Positions 11,220-22,614 of a stretch of DNA of 64,000 nt are shown in pieces. The notes beneath the pieces are model-generated. The model was not told the origin of the DNA and did not search any database. It was given only the letters and a program-made list of their open reading frames with translations. The DNA lies in NCBI GenBank assembly GCA_963809845.1, contig CAWELO010000013.1, positions 309,665-373,664 of the forward strand, written 5' to 3'. Origin of the DNA: an uncultured Verrucomicrobiae bacterium (lineage in GTDB: Bacteria > Verrucomicrobiota > Verrucomicrobiia > Limisphaerales > UBA8199). A program made the position numbers and the translations under genes. How positions within the stretch are numbered: position 1 is the first letter of the stretch; every line of letters starts with the position of its first letter.

Positions 11220-12713
11220 AGGACCGGCGCGAGAACGTGAACAGCACCGCGGTCAGCACCAGGACCAGGAACACGATGGAATGGACCTGGAATGGGAAGT
11301 CGAACCGGGCATGCACCAGGCAGCCGGCGATGGCCAGCCAGAGGAACGGCGCTAACTTGTCCCCGCCCTGAAGGCCCCCCGGCACCAGCCAACGGAACCC
11401 CACGACCGCGAGCGCCAACCCCAGCAGGACGCAACCTGCCGCCCCAAAGGTGATCCGAAATTCGAGCCAATCATTGTGCGCTTGCGCGGGCCAAAAGCGG
11501 GTCCCCTGCGGACGGTACAACGCGGATACAGCCTCGTAGGTTCCGGGCCCGCTTCCAAAAATCGGAAAATCTCCCACCATGCGGCCCGCAGCCCGGCTGA
11601 GGCGATCGCGATCCGCGAATCCCTGTTCCAGCACCGCCAGCCGCGGCCCGAGCGCTTTCCAGCCAAGCGCCAGGCCCAGCACGGGCGCACCGAGGAAAAA
11701 CAACGCGAGGGCCAGGTTATTCCTCCAACGCGGGCCGGCCCCGATTTCCGCCGCACCCAGGTAGCGAGATCCCCGGCCCAAATATAAACGGCTGCCAGTG
11801 CCAACAGCCCAAAGCAAACCAACGCCCCGCCCCGGCTGGCTGAAACGATTGGACAGGCCGCCATCAGCACCGCGCAGGCAACCAATCCGTAGCGTGCCCT
11901 ACGGCGCCCCCTCCCTCGCGGGAGATCATCAGCCAGAACCCGAGGCAAACCGGCCACAACAAATTAAAATACGCGGCGGCATTCGCGCGATAGGCGAAAG
12001 GCCCGAATTGTGACTCGGCGAGCTGATGGATTTGGGGTTTTACCAGAAAGAGGAGCCGGGGGCTATCGGCCAGGCGTTGGACAATACCTTCAATTGCCAG
12101 CACCCCACCGTTCATTGACATCACCCAGAGCAGTCGCCGCAACCTATCCGGCAGAAGCTCCGGACCGCACTCTGCAGACTCCCGGCGGGGCTGGACAAAC
12201 CGCCATCTGTTCACGGGTGGATTTACCCCATAGCCACTGTCGAATCGCCCAAAAGGAGCACGCAAGCGCCAGATAGGACCAGAAAGCGTTCCACGTGCTT
12301 CGGCGATCAAAACTATGCGGCAGCCACTCGATGCACGGATAGTATTCGAACCGCCCCTGGCCGGTCAGATAGGTCGCGCGAGCATTGATCGCACTCACCA
12401 GGCAATAAGCCAGAATCGCCACGGTCAGCGCCCCCAGTGCCACGGCCGCCCGATGTGGCGTAACGTGCCTGGTCCAACTCCGTGGCGCGCCACCATGCGG
12501 AGCGCCTAATGCGTCTCCCCAACTCGGCGGGTGATAGCCGGTGCGGATACGGCTCCCATGCCCAACCAGCCACAGAACGCCCAGCGCGTAGCCCAGGCTG
12601 TTCATGGTCCAAATCGACCAGCTTTGGGTTGTGCCAAACGCCCAAGGCCCGAACACGACCATCCCGTAGATGATCAGTTCGGTGAGAACTTCCTGCGCCC
12701 GGTAAGTCCGCAC
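11182..12713 (-). CDS. O-antigen ligase/Wzy_C family protein, split across four frames by about three frameshifts
   Basis: GPWAFG, FGPFAYRANAAAY, SASRGG, PIFGSGPGTY, AHNDWLE, HARFDFPFQ motifs lie in consecutive overlapping ORFs (12144..12944, 11864..12310, 11352..11957, 11182..11817). Confidence 0.8.
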
Positions 12714-12714
12714 C

Positions 12715-13443
12715 TTATGGCGCCGCGTAGTTCCGCCCCACTTCCGTGTCGGTGCCCGAGCGCCCGGGATTGCCCGAAAGTGGAATGAAAGGTGGCTTGC
12801 TGACGCGCGCGCTCGCGGAAACTCCGTTTTTCGCCAGGGCTGGATCCGCGGCGGCAGTTGCACGGGCGGCGGCGAGATTCGCCGAATCCAACACGCCTTC
12901 GAGCGACAACGGCCTGCCTCCTGACGCCTCGATCGCCCTCTCAATCCCCGGCTTTAACTCAGGAAACACCTCGCTGATGGCGCTCAAAATCTTTGGAATC
13001 GATGAGGGAACCGCTCGCGCAACCGCCAGTGCGATGTTCCGGTATTCCGCCGGCACCTTCCGGCACACCGCAACCACCACGGCTCCGGCCTGGGATGGAA
13101 CTGCCGAGGCCACTGCCTTGGCCACGACCGCGGCCTGGCGCGGCTGCGCCTGGGCGGCTGTCCCGGCCACCACCGCAGCCAAGTCCGGCGCCGCTTGCGC
13201 CGCCGCTCCCGCGATAGCGGCCGCACCCGCGGGATTGAGCCGAATGGCGTTCTTAACCACGCGGATGGTTCTGGCCTCCCGTTCAGATGCGTTCGATGAC
13301 TTGATCACCTCCGCTACCTTCGCCGGCAATTCGGCCCGCGGAACCCCGGACAGCACCTCCCCGGAAAATTTGGCGGAGCCGCGCTCGCCCGCCGAGGCCA
13401 TGGAGAGAATCAAACAAACCCCGAGCCCGATCATCCCTTTCAT
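12715..13443 (-). CDS. secreted Ala-rich helical-repeat hypothetical protein
   Basis: signal peptide MKGMIGLGVCLILSMASA; ~15-aa repeats of the form P-x-AA-xx-A-xA-AA. Confidence 0.65.
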   Translation of the reverse strand: MKGMIGLGVCLILSMASAGERGSAKFSGEVLSGVPRAELPAKVAEVIKSSNASEREARTIRVVKNAIRLNPAGAAAIAGAAAQAAPDLAAVVAGTAAQAQPRQAAVVAKAVASAVPSQAGAVVVAVCRKVPAEYRNIALAVARAVPSSIPKILSAISEVFPELKPGIERAIEASGGRPLSLEGVLDSANLAAARATAAADPALAKNGVSASARVSKPPFIPLSGNPGRSGTDTEVGRNYAAP

Positions 13444-13553
13444 GAACCGGGAGTATGAACTGGGAGCGGTGGAATGACAACCAAATTGTTTTCGCCGCAC
13501 CCGCGCCTGACTCCGTACTAGACGGACCTCGGGGTTTGCCTTAGGTTCGCCTC

Positions 13554-13838
13554 GTGCCAAGTTCGCCGAAGAATGCGGGCCAGAACACTCCCGCGAAACT
13601 GGTTGGGCTGCCTTTCGAAGATGCGCTAAAAAAGCTTGAAGCGATCGTCGAGGCAATGGAATCTGAGGATCTTCCGCTCGAGGCCTTGTTGGCGAAGTAT
13701 GAGGAAGGCACGCAGTTAGCCAGGATGTGCCAGGAAAAGCTGGCCGATGCGGAGCTTAGAATTCAGGAACTGGAAAAGAACGCGGCGGGCGAGATCAAAC
13801 TCAAACCCCTGCCGCCTGAAGTCTCGGAATCGGATTAA
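13554..13838 (+). CDS. xseB: exodeoxyribonuclease VII small subunit
   Basis: PFEDALKKLEAIVEAMES.DLPLE...YEEG...C.EKL.DAE. Confidence 0.93.
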   Translation: MPSSPKNAGQNTPAKLVGLPFEDALKKLEAIVEAMESEDLPLEALLAKYEEGTQLARMCQEKLADAELRIQELEKNAAGEIKLKPLPPEVSESD

Positions 13839-13848
13839 GCTATCAGCT

Positions 13849-15831
13849 ATGAGTCAGTACCTTGACCTGGTGGACAGCCCGGCGCAAATGAAGCACCTGG
13901 GCCTCGACCAATTGCAGCGCCTGGCGGAAGAGATCCGACGGGAACTCATCACGGGGTTATCGAAAAACGGTGGCCACCTCGGTCCCAACCTGGGGGTCGT
14001 GGAGTTGACGCTTGCGCTGCACTACGTCTTCAACACGCCCAAGGACAAATTCGTGTGGGATGTCAGCCACCAGTGCTACGTGCACAAGCTTTTGACGGGG
14101 CGCAAGAATCGCTTTGGCACCTTACGCAGCACCGGCGGGCTGAGCGGGTTTGCTCTGCGCTCGGAAAGCGAGCACGACTGCTACGGGGCGGCTCACGCCG
14201 GCACGGCGCTTTCGGCGGCCCTGGGCATCTGTGCCGCGCGGGACCAGCGAGGCAGCGACGAGAACGTGGTGGCCATTTTCGGCGACGCGGCGTTGACCAA
14301 CGGCATTTCCTTTGAAGCCCTCAACAACATCGCCCAAACCACCAAACGTTTTATCGCCATTCTCAACGATAACGAATGGAGCATTGCCAAGAACGTGGGC
14401 GCGATTTCCGCTTACCTGAACAAACTGATTACCCATCCGTCGTACAACAAGCTGGCGAAGGATTTCGAACGTTTCCTGCGCCGGCTCCCCAAGGGCGAAG
14501 TCGCGTTGAAGCTGGCCCATAAAGCCGAGGAGAGCTTCAAGGGCGCCCTGGCGGAGGTGGGATTGAAGCAGAGCCCGAGCACGGCGGAAACCGATGGGCG
14601 CGGCGGCTATGGCAGCAGCTTGATTTTCGAAGAGATGGGGGTGCGCTACCTCGGCCCGATCGACGGCCACGACCTGCCGCTGCTGATCAGCACGCTCGAA
14701 TTTGCCAAGACCTACGACCAGCCCATCGTGATTCATGTGCTGACGCAAAAGGGCAAAGGCTTCGAGGCCGCGCTGAAGAACCCTGAAAAATTCCACGGCC
14801 TGGGGCCCTACGACGCCGCCACCGGCGCCACCCTGCCGGCCAAGGCGGGGACCCCGCCCAACTGGCAGGACGTCTTCGGCCAGGCCCTGGTGAGGCTCTG
14901 CCAAAAGGACAACACCATCGTGGGCATCACGGCGGCCATGCCCACCGGCACGAGCTTGAAGATCCTCGAAAAGGCCATGCCCGACCGCTACTACGACGTG
15001 GGCATCGCGGAAGAACACGCCGTCCTCTTCGCGTGTGGCATGGCTACCATGGGCTTTCACCCGGTCTGCGCCATTTACTCCACCTTCCTGCAGCGCGCCT
15101 ACGATTGCATCGTCCACGATGCGGCCTTGCAGGACCTGCCCGTGATTTTCTGCATGGACCGCGCCGGGCTCTCGGCCCAGGACGGCCCCACCCACCACGG
15201 GCTCTTTGATATCGCCTACCTTCGTCACGTGCCCAACTGCACGCTCATGGTGCCCAAAGACGAGGACGAATTGGTGGACATGATGTTCACCGCTACCCAG
15301 GAGCGTCACCCGACCTTTATCCGCTACCCCCGCGGCCCCGCCGAGGGCGTGCCGATCAAGGAACAGCCGCGGCTGCTCGAGGTGGGCAAGGCGGAGATCG
15401 TTCATAGCTTCACCAATGCGGGCGGACGCAAGGTCGCCCTCTTCGCGCTGGGCAACCTGATGCGGTTGGGCCAGCAGACCCGCGAACAGTTGCTGCGCGA
15501 AGGCTACGACGTCGCGCTGATAAACCCGCGCTTCGTCAAACCGCTGGACGCCGGCGTCACCGAATTCTTCAGCCGCGCCGCCGAGGTCGTGGTCACGTTC
15601 GAAGATCATGTGCTGATGGGCGGCTATGGCAGCGCGGTGCTCGAACTGCTCAACGAAAAGCGCATCGCCACGCCGGTCATCCCCATCGGCTGGCCCGACC
15701 AGTTCATCGAGCATGCCTCGAGCGTCGATGACCTCCGCCGCAAATACGGCCTCACCGCCGAAAATGCCGCCGCCAAAGTCCGCGCCGAGTTCTCGACGGT
15801 TCCCGCCTTGCGCGAAAGCGTCGTCGCCTGA
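13849..15831 (+). CDS. dxs: 1-deoxy-D-xylulose-5-phosphate synthase
   Basis: GGHLGPNLGVVEL, WDVSHQCYVHK, LNDNEWSI, GPIDGHD, DVGIAEEHA, YSTFLQRAYD, DGPTHHG. Confidence 0.97.
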   Translation: MSQYLDLVDSPAQMKHLGLDQLQRLAEEIRRELITGLSKNGGHLGPNLGVVELTLALHYVFNTPKDKFVWDVSHQCYVHKLLTGRKNRFGTLRSTGGLSGFALRSESEHDCYGAAHAGTALSAALGICAARDQRGSDENVVAIFGDAALTNGISFEALNNIAQTTKRFIAILNDNEWSIAKNVGAISAYLNKLITHPSYNKLAKDFERFLRRLPKGEVALKLAHKAEESFKGALAEVGLKQSPSTAETDGRGGYGSSLIFEEMGVRYLGPIDGHDLPLLISTLEFAKTYDQPIVIHVLTQKGKGFEAALKNPEKFHGLGPYDAATGATLPAKAGTPPNWQDVFGQALVRLCQKDNTIVGITAAMPTGTSLKILEKAMPDRYYDVGIAEEHAVLFACGMATMGFHPVCAIYSTFLQRAYDCIVHDAALQDLPVIFCMDRAGLSAQDGPTHHGLFDIAYLRHVPNCTLMVPKDEDELVDMMFTATQERHPTFIRYPRGPAEGVPIKEQPRLLEVGKAEIVHSFTNAGGRKVALFALGNLMRLGQQTREQLLREGYDVALINPRFVKPLDAGVTEFFSRAAEVVVTFEDHVLMGGYGSAVLELLNEKRIATPVIPIGWPDQFIEHASSVDDLRRKYGLTAENAAAKVRAEFSTVPALRESVVA

Positions 15832-16136
15832 CGGATACCTCATTCAGGGGGCTTTGCCGCCCGGCAACGCGCAGCGGGTCTGAGGCCTGGCCTCAACCGC
15901 TCCCTCAAGCGCGCCGTCCCCCGGCGCCCTTTGACCTGGCTTGGACCCGCCGCACCCCCGACGGTCCGTCGGCATCCAGGCGCCATGGGTTCTCTCCGTC
16001 CGGTTCCGGTTGTCCGCGCCGCCCCGATGACCTCGCACACCCAGGGGCGGGGCCCGGCCTGGGGGTGCCGCCTCACCCACCGTTCGCGGGGGGCCAAAAG
16101 GCGCTCAACAAAAGTTTTCTCCCTAACACATTATTT

Positions 16137-16165
16137 TTGACTTAGTATTGTCGCTGGTGTATAGA
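16137..16165 (+). promoter_or_regulatory. sigma70-type promoter upstream of mntH
   Basis: TTGACT-N17-TATAGA in an AT-rich patch. Confidence 0.6.
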
Positions 16166-16236
16166 GACTAAAGTATGGAATTAGAGCGGGCGCTTCAAGC
16201 ACCGGGGCTTCGCCCCGGCCGCTCGTTCTTGCCGCG

Positions 16237-17683
16237 ATGAACCCTTCACCGCAATCCGTGAAGCTGGGGCTGGCGGAAGCTGGTGCCCTGCCCCGCGGAG
16301 GCGCCCCATCCGATCCGCAAGGCGGCCATCGTTCCCTGGAAGGGCTGCACGGCTCCGTCGCGGTGCCCGACGCCGCGGCGGGTTTCTGGCAGCAATGGAG
16401 GGCCTTTGTCGGGCCCGCAATCCTCATCAGCGTCGGCTACATGGACCCGGGCAACTGGGGTACGGATTTGCAGGGGGGCGCCCAATTCAAGTATGGACTG
16501 CTCTGGGTGGTGGCCCTGGCGAGTCTCATGGCGATCTTCATGCAGGTGATTTCCGCCCGGCTGGGCGTGGTGACAGGGCGGGATCTCGCGCAATGCTGCC
16601 GCGACTGGTACCCGGCCTGGACCCGCTGGCCGAATTGGCTTTCGAGTGAAATCGCCATCGGCGCTTGCGATTTGGCCGAGGTTTTGGGCAGCGCGGTGGC
16701 GCTCAACCTGATGTTCCACATCCCCCTGCTGTGGGCCGTGATCATCACGGGGCTCGATGTGCTGCTGCTCCTGGGGCTGCAGCGGTTTGGCATGCGCACC
16801 ATCGAAGCCGTCGTGCTGCTGCTGGTCGCCACCATGGCGGTGTGTTACTACCTCGAAATCTTTGTTCTGGCGCCCACCCAACCCGCCTTTCTGGAAATGG
16901 GCAAGGCGCTGGTCTCTCCGAATTTCGCCCATCCAGGCATGATCTATGTGGCCGTCGGCATCATCGGCGCGACCGTCATGCCGCACAACCTCTATCTCCA
17001 CTCGGCGCTGGTCCAGAGCCGCAGGTTCCAGAAAGACCGGCCCTCGATGCGCCGCGCGCTGTTCTTCAACACCATTGACGCCACCACCGCACTGACCATC
17101 GCCTTTTTCGTCAACGCGGCGATTCTGGTGCTGGCCGCGGTTGTGTTCTACGGAAAGGAAAGCGTGGCCGTAGCCGGCGGGCAGGTCGTGCACTTCAGCG
17201 GGGACAGCGACTGGATCCGCGTGGCGTATCTGACGCTCGCGCCCTTGCTGGGCACGGGGGCGGCCAGCCTGCTCTTCGCCGTGGCGCTGCTGGCAGCGGG
17301 CCAAAGCAGCACCATCACCGGCACCCTGGCCGGCCAGGTGGTGATGGAAGGCTTCATGCACTGGCGCATTCAACCCTGGCTGCGCCGCCTCATCACCCGC
17401 TCGCTCGCCATCGTGCCCGCCGTCCTGGTCATCGGCTTGCGCGGGGATAGCAGCGTCACCGACCTGCTCACGCTCAGCCAGGTGGTGCTCGCGCTGCAGC
17501 TCCCCTTTGCCATGTTCCCGCTCCTCCATTTCACCAGCTCGCCGCGCGCGGATGGGCTCCTGGAAAAATGGCCGTTTCCTCCTGGTGGCGGGCTGGGGCA
17601 GCGCGCTGTTGATTACCGCCATGGACGTGTATGGCCTGCCGGATGCCCTCAAGGCCGCCTGGCACGTGGTTGTCGGCGGGTAG
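16237..17683 (+). CDS. mntH: Nramp family Mn2+/Fe2+ transporter; frameshift near 17548
   Basis: VGYMDPGNW, GATVMPHNLYLHS, QSSTITGT; the C-terminus (MGSWKNGRFLLVAGWGSALLI...VVVGG*) continues in another frame to TAG 17683. Confidence 0.92.
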
Positions 17684-17708
17684 CCGCCCCAGACAACCCG
17701 CGGGAACC

Positions 17709-18909
17709 TCAGCTCGCCGCATTCCGCGGGGCGTAACTCGCATTCCAGAACCGGCGCTCGACCAACTGATAAAACACACGAGCCACGCTCAGAGCCACCG
17801 CCAGGCAACAGGAGAGCCCCACCAGGAGGATGGCCAGGGGGTTTCTCAACCCCAGGTGATTCACTCCCCAGCTCACGATCGTGACCACCGGCCAGTGGAT
17901 CAGGTAGAGGCTGTAACACATCTCACCACAAAAAACTAAAGGCCGAAGGAGCCTGGCCCGGGCTAGCTTCCCGTCCCAGCGATGCAGCCCTAACAAAGCC
18001 AGGGCGAACGCGAACGCGGTGAAATAGCTCTGGTTCGGCTCGTTGATCCGGTCCGACAACAGGTGCTCGGGGGCCGCCACGGCGAACAACACGCCCAGAC
18101 CCAGCGGCACGCCAAACCAAACCACAAAGCGCTCAGGCGCGTAGTTCAACACGTAATACACCAGGACACCCGCCGCGAACATCAGCCACCGTCCATCCAG
18201 GAACAGGCCCAGGGTGCTGACGCCCAAGGCCGGAAGCACCAGCATGCCCCCTCCCAGCACCACCAGCGTGATCAGCGTGAGCGCCGTAAAAAGGAAGCGC
18301 CGGGCAAAGATCAGCGACAACCCCACCAGCGCGTAAAACTGCTCCTCATAGCAGAGCGTCCAGGAAGGTGAGAGCAATTCGCTTTCGACCCCATGGGTGA
18401 TATGCCACCGCCAACTCTCGGTCAGCGTGAGGTTTCCCAGCCATTGGCCGCCACTGAAACCCCGGGGATTGGGAATGAACGCGCCTTCAAAAAACCCCCG
18501 ATGCGCCGCTTCCCCCACCCAGACCAGGACGGCGACCGCAACCAACCAGGCCCAATACAGGCGGGTAAATCCGCCGGAAACGCCGCCAGAAAAAACTCGC
18601 CCCCGGCCGAGGCCGCCGCCGCACCGCATCCGCGCTGGCGGTCACGCAGTAACCGCTGATCACAAAGAAGAGCGGCACACCAATCCAGAGTCTTCGCACC
18701 ACGGCCACCACGACGCCCAACCGTCCCGGACCATCCGGAAACGTCAGGCCATAACCGGTGCAGACCGAATGGAAAATCAATACGCATAAGCACGCGAGCC
18801 CGCGCCAAGCCGTCAGACTCTCGTAGCGCGGCGATCGGGGCGAGGGCGCCGCACGCTCGTTTCGCGCGCTCTCGCCAAGCTCAGCCTGGGCAGTTGGTAT
18901 CGTGTTCAA
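17709..18909 (-). CDS. acyltransferase-3 (OafA-like) membrane acyltransferase; frameshift near 18560
   Basis: LTAWRGLA..VLIFH, GVPLFFVISGY, FFWRRFRRIYP in ORF 18487..18909; WTLCYEEQFY, GEMCYSLYLIHWP, VER in ORF 17709..18629. Confidence 0.88.
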
Positions 18910-18991
18910 AGCTGCGCAGCCGGTGATCCCTCAGACCCATTTCCCAAACCCGCCTGCGCAGTCGAGGATAACAGGAAAGTGCGGTGGAGCC

Positions 18992-19020
18992 AAAAAAAGA
19001 GCCACGCCGCAGCGTGGCTC
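18992..19020 (-). terminator. Rho-independent terminator of the small gene at 19053..19217
   Basis: minus strand GAGCCACG-CTGCGG-CGTGGCTC followed by T7. Confidence 0.85.
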
Positions 19021-19052
19021 GTTCAAGTTAATTGAGTTAGGTTCTTATCGTT

Positions 19053-19217
19053 TTATGTCCCCTCGCTAACCATCCAATCTCCCAGATGCATGTATTCTTT
19101 AATTTTCCGCCGTTCATAACGATGCTTCAGTGGCTTTTTCGGCTGATTATCCACTTTGCGGAACGGAGGTTTGGGGCTGCGGATAGCTTCGGTGATGACT
19201 TCCAACGATTTGGTCAT
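19053..19217 (-). CDS. small basic hypothetical protein (54 aa)
   Basis: MTKSLEVITEAIRSPKPPFRKVDNQPKKPLKHRYERRKIKEY...; AAAGGA RBS upstream, terminator downstream. Confidence 0.7.
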   Translation of the reverse strand: MTKSLEVITEAIRSPKPPFRKVDNQPKKPLKHRYERRKIKEYMHLGDWMVSEGT

Positions 19218-19442
19218 AGCTTGATTTCCTTTGTTCAAGTTTAGCCAGGCGTGAAGGATGCCAACGGCCGTCTCTTGGTTCGGCCCATGATGCTTGGATA
19301 TTGGCATCGGCTGCTTCAAGCAATTCAAGTATAGGACCATTTTCGAGGAATTCCATTCAAAAAAGTACGGATAGCCGGCCGGGGGCGGGAAGGCCTTGCC
19401 GATACCCGCCACGCCTGATGGAGCAACCCCGGGGTAGGGAAT

Positions 19443-20360
19443 TCAACGGCTCGAACGCGCGGGTTTCCAGCAGAAAGCTCCGGAGCACCACTCTTTCTCC
19501 TTCTTGGAAACCACCAGTTTAAGCCCGCCGATCGGTATGCGGCGCGGACCTGGGCGAATTCCCGATCCAGAATCCCCGCCAGCACCAGCAAACCGTCGGG
19601 CGCCAGCCGCGCCACCATCCGGTCGCGCTGGGCCAGGAGCAGAGGCGTGAGCAGGTTGGCGCAAATCACCGAATGCCGGCGCGCCGCGCGCTGTCCCAAC
19701 CGGGTCAGGTCCGCGACGCGGAACCGGACCCGCTGCGACAGCCGGTTGACCCGCGCATTGGCGCGGGCGATGCCGACGGCCTCGGCATCATGGTCGAGGG
19801 CCTCGACCGGCTGGTAGCCGAGCCGGGCGGCGCTGAGCGCCAGGATTCCGGAGCCGGTCCCTAAATCCAGAAACGATTGACGCCGTGCCGGGTCTCGATA
19901 GGCGACCAACTGCCGCAGACAAAACCGAGTCGTCGGGTGCTGGCCGGTGCCAAAGCTGAGCCCCGGGTCCAGTACCGATGAGTTTCTGCCCGGGCCGGAG
20001 CCGCCGGCGGATCCAGCTTGGGCGAATGAGCAAAGCCCGCCCGATCGCGATCGGTTTGAAGTGCCGCTTCCAGACCTCCGCCCAGTTCTGCGGTTGCACC
20101 CGGGCGGTCGAAATTCGGCCCGAGGCGATGTCCACGCCCGATGCTTTCAACTCGCGCAGGCCTGCGCGAAGCGCCTCGAGCCGGAGCGGGAAGTCGTCCG
20201 GTTTCCGAAGCACATACGCCGCCACCGTCGTGGCGCCGGTGCGCAACGACGTGTAGGAAAACGTGGGTTCCCTCAGCACCAGCGCCAGCAGCTCCGTGAC
20301 CGGGTCCTCGGCGGCGGGCGTGGTCCGGATCGAGACCTTCCACAGGGGCGCCCGCTTCAT
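19443..20360 (-). CDS. prmA: ribosomal protein L11 methyltransferase; two frameshifts (~19975, ~19520)
   Basis: NWAEVWKRHFKPI..IRPSW, VLDPGLSFGTGQHPTT, LDLGTGSGILA, ANL, LVLAGIL, ..KEW across three frames. Confidence 0.9.
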
Positions 20361-21055
20361 GGGTCGAGATCGCGCCACGGAGCGAAATTCAGCAACTGCA
20401 GGCGGGAGCGGTCGGGTTCCCGGTTGACTTGGGTGAGGCTGGCATAATCAATTTCAACTGCGGCCATTCGAGACAGCGGCCAATCCAGCAAGATGGCCAG
20501 CAGCATCCGAATCACGCCGCCGTGGCAAAACACGGCGACCTGCTGGCCGTCGTGGCGGCGCAGGATCTCGCGCAGGGCGGGTTCAAGGCGCGCCCGCAAG
20601 TCGGTGGCGCATTCGGCGTTTTGTATGCCCCGGCATTCGAGCTGATCCAGCCAGGTGAGCGGGCTGATGCCATACTTCAGCTCGACTTCTTCCCAGCTCA
20701 ACCCCGTCCAATCCCCAAAATCAACCTCGCGCAGTTCCGGCAGCACCACCGGCCCGGGCAGGCCGTTGCCCAGGCAAGCACCCAGGGTCTGCTGCACGCG
20801 CTTCATCGGGCTGGCATAGACGGCGCGGAATGGCCTGCCTTCGAGGTAGACCGCCAGCGCCGCGGCTTGCCGCCTGCCCAGCGGCGAAAGGTCCATGTCA
20901 ATGCGCCCGCCAAAAACGTTGTGATACTTCTCCTCGACCTCGGCATGCCGGATCAGCCAGAGCGTGGTCACCTGGGTTGTTGGGGGAAGGGAAACCCTCA
21001 CGCCGGGAGACGGCGCCGGGAGCGAGGCCTGCGTTGGGGGAGTTTGACTCGGCAT
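20357..21055 (-). CDS. histidine phosphatase family protein (CobC/GpmB-like)
   Basis: LIRHAE, YASPMKR, LREVDFGDWTG, VFCHGGVIR. Confidence 0.9.
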   Translation of the reverse strand: MPSQTPPTQASLPAPSPGVRVSLPPTTQVTTLWLIRHAEVEEKYHNVFGGRIDMDLSPLGRRQAAALAVYLEGRPFRAVYASPMKRVQQTLGACLGNGLPGPVVLPELREVDFGDWTGLSWEEVELKYGISPLTWLDQLECRGIQNAECATDLRARLEPALREILRRHDGQQVAVFCHGGVIRMLLAILLDWPLSRMAAVEIDYASLTQVNREPDRSRLQLLNFAPWRDLDP

Positions 21056-21111
21056 TTCAACAAAACAGCATTGGGATTCTGAACGGCGAACTCGGGACCG
21101 GCGACGATGGC

Positions 21112-21867
21112 CTAGGCCAAAGCGGCCTGCTGGGCTTGCAGCAACTCCTGAATACCCGCCTTGCCCAGGCGGAGCAGGTCCGCAAGTTGCGCCTCGCTGA
21201 ACGTGGCTTCCTCACCGGTGCCTTGCACTTCGATAAATTCACCCTCGGAATTCATCACGAGATTCAAGTCCACCGCCGCCGCGGCGTCTTCAGTATAGCA
21301 CAGATCCAACAGACATTGCTGCTCGACGATCCCGACGCTGACCGCAGCCACTCCGTGGAGCAGCGGGTTGGCGGAAAGCTTGCCTTCGGCTTGCATTTTG
21401 CGCACCGCAAGGCTCAAGGCGACGTACGCGCCGGTGATGGCGGCTGTCCGGGTGCCGCCGTCAGCTTGCAACACATCGCAATCGACCCAGATTGTCCGCG
21501 GCCCCAATCGTTCGAGATCCAGGGCGGCCCGCATCGCGCGGCCAATCAACCGTTGGATTTCCTGGGAGCGCCCGTCGATTTTCCCTTTGGTAATGTCACG
21601 GGGTTTGCGCTGCAGCGTCGAGTAGGGAAGCATCGAGTATTCGGCGGTGATCCAACCGCCGGTGACACCCTGCTCCTTCATCCACCGGGGGATCGTATCT
21701 TCGACGTTGACCCCGCAGATGACGCGCGTGTTGCCCCACTCGATCAACGTGGAACCGGTCGCATACGGTGCGATATCGTTGCGGAACCGCAGCGGCCTCA
21801 ATTGCCCGGCCCGGCGGCCGTCGGCCCGCTGGACCGGCGGCACGGGAAAGGTTTTTGGCTCGGCCAT
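21112..21867 (-). CDS. rph: ribonuclease PH
   Basis: RADGR...LRP, GWITAEYSML, GRSQEIQRLIGR, DCDVLQADGGTRTAAITG, EVQGTGE. Confidence 0.96.
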   Translation of the reverse strand: MAEPKTFPVPPVQRADGRRAGQLRPLRFRNDIAPYATGSTLIEWGNTRVICGVNVEDTIPRWMKEQGVTGGWITAEYSMLPYSTLQRKPRDITKGKIDGRSQEIQRLIGRAMRAALDLERLGPRTIWVDCDVLQADGGTRTAAITGAYVALSLAVRKMQAEGKLSANPLLHGVAAVSVGIVEQQCLLDLCYTEDAAAAVDLNLVMNSEGEFIEVQGTGEEATFSEAQLADLLRLGKAGIQELLQAQQAALA

Positions 21868-22079
21868 AATCGCGCAATGTTAGGCCACGACTCATCGCGC
21901 GGCAATCCTCATTCACCCCTAACAACCGGTTGCCGGCGGGAAACCTCGAACATCGAGTTAAACCGGTGGAGGATCGAACGGCTGGTGGTCCGGGCCTCGC
22001 GCTGATCCCAGGCCGCCGGGAGAACGGTGGCCCTCACGACCCTACCCCATTCGGCCCTGTCTCCGGGCCGGGATGCGCC

Positions 22080-22319
22080 CTACGCCACCGAGTTGGAAAC
22101 AATGACGGTCATGGCGCGCAATCGGCGGGTGCCCAGCTTCCTGAGCGCCTTTAAAATATCCGTGTCACGTTTGATCCACAGCTCGGGGAAAGGCGGCGTG
22201 CCGAAAGCGCCGTGGGCGAGCCGGTTCTTCTTAACCTGGCAGGGAATACCGGCGCGGGACAACTGCTGGCGCAGCGAGCGGAGCTCCGAACCGTCGAACG
22301 AGGAAAACAACATTTTCAT
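22080..22319 (-). CDS. small hypothetical protein (DUF2007-like)
   Basis: MKMLFSS...LSRAGIPCQVK...PELWI pattern. Confidence 0.55.
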   Translation of the reverse strand: MKMLFSSFDGSELRSLRQQLSRAGIPCQVKKNRLAHGAFGTPPFPELWIKRDTDILKALRKLGTRRLRAMTVIVSNSVA

Positions 22320-22614
22320 ACAGGGCTTATAACCAGACCTTCGCGCAAAATTGGAGGCGAGCAACTCCGGGTAATACGGATATCTGGCTTCGGGTTTTCT
22401 CCCGATTGGGGCGCCCCACACCTCGCGACAAGCGACAAAACAGCGCTCGGAAGATCATGCCGCGGCGACCGAAACTGCCCGAGCACCCGCTAAATCCCGT
22501 CTCCGCGATGATGGCCCATGGGCTAAACCGAGAGCTCCGGTCCCCCACCCTGCGACGGCCGGCATTCGGATTCTTGGTTTACGCCAATCCCAGTGCAAGT
22601 TATCTTGAGCGCTG

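Noticed and set aside
13554..15831. xseB-dxs without the intervening ispA
   Set aside because: Ordinary operon variation; nothing suggests a deletion
14122..15843. Long antisense ORFs (573 aa here; also 16246..17919, 27453..28457, 57875..59128)
   Set aside because: Shadows of real GC-rich genes on the opposite strand; no motifs
16166..16236. Possible yybP-ykoY manganese riboswitch or MntR/DtxR box before mntH
   Set aside because: Leader is short and I could not identify the conserved riboswitch loops or a convincing palindrome
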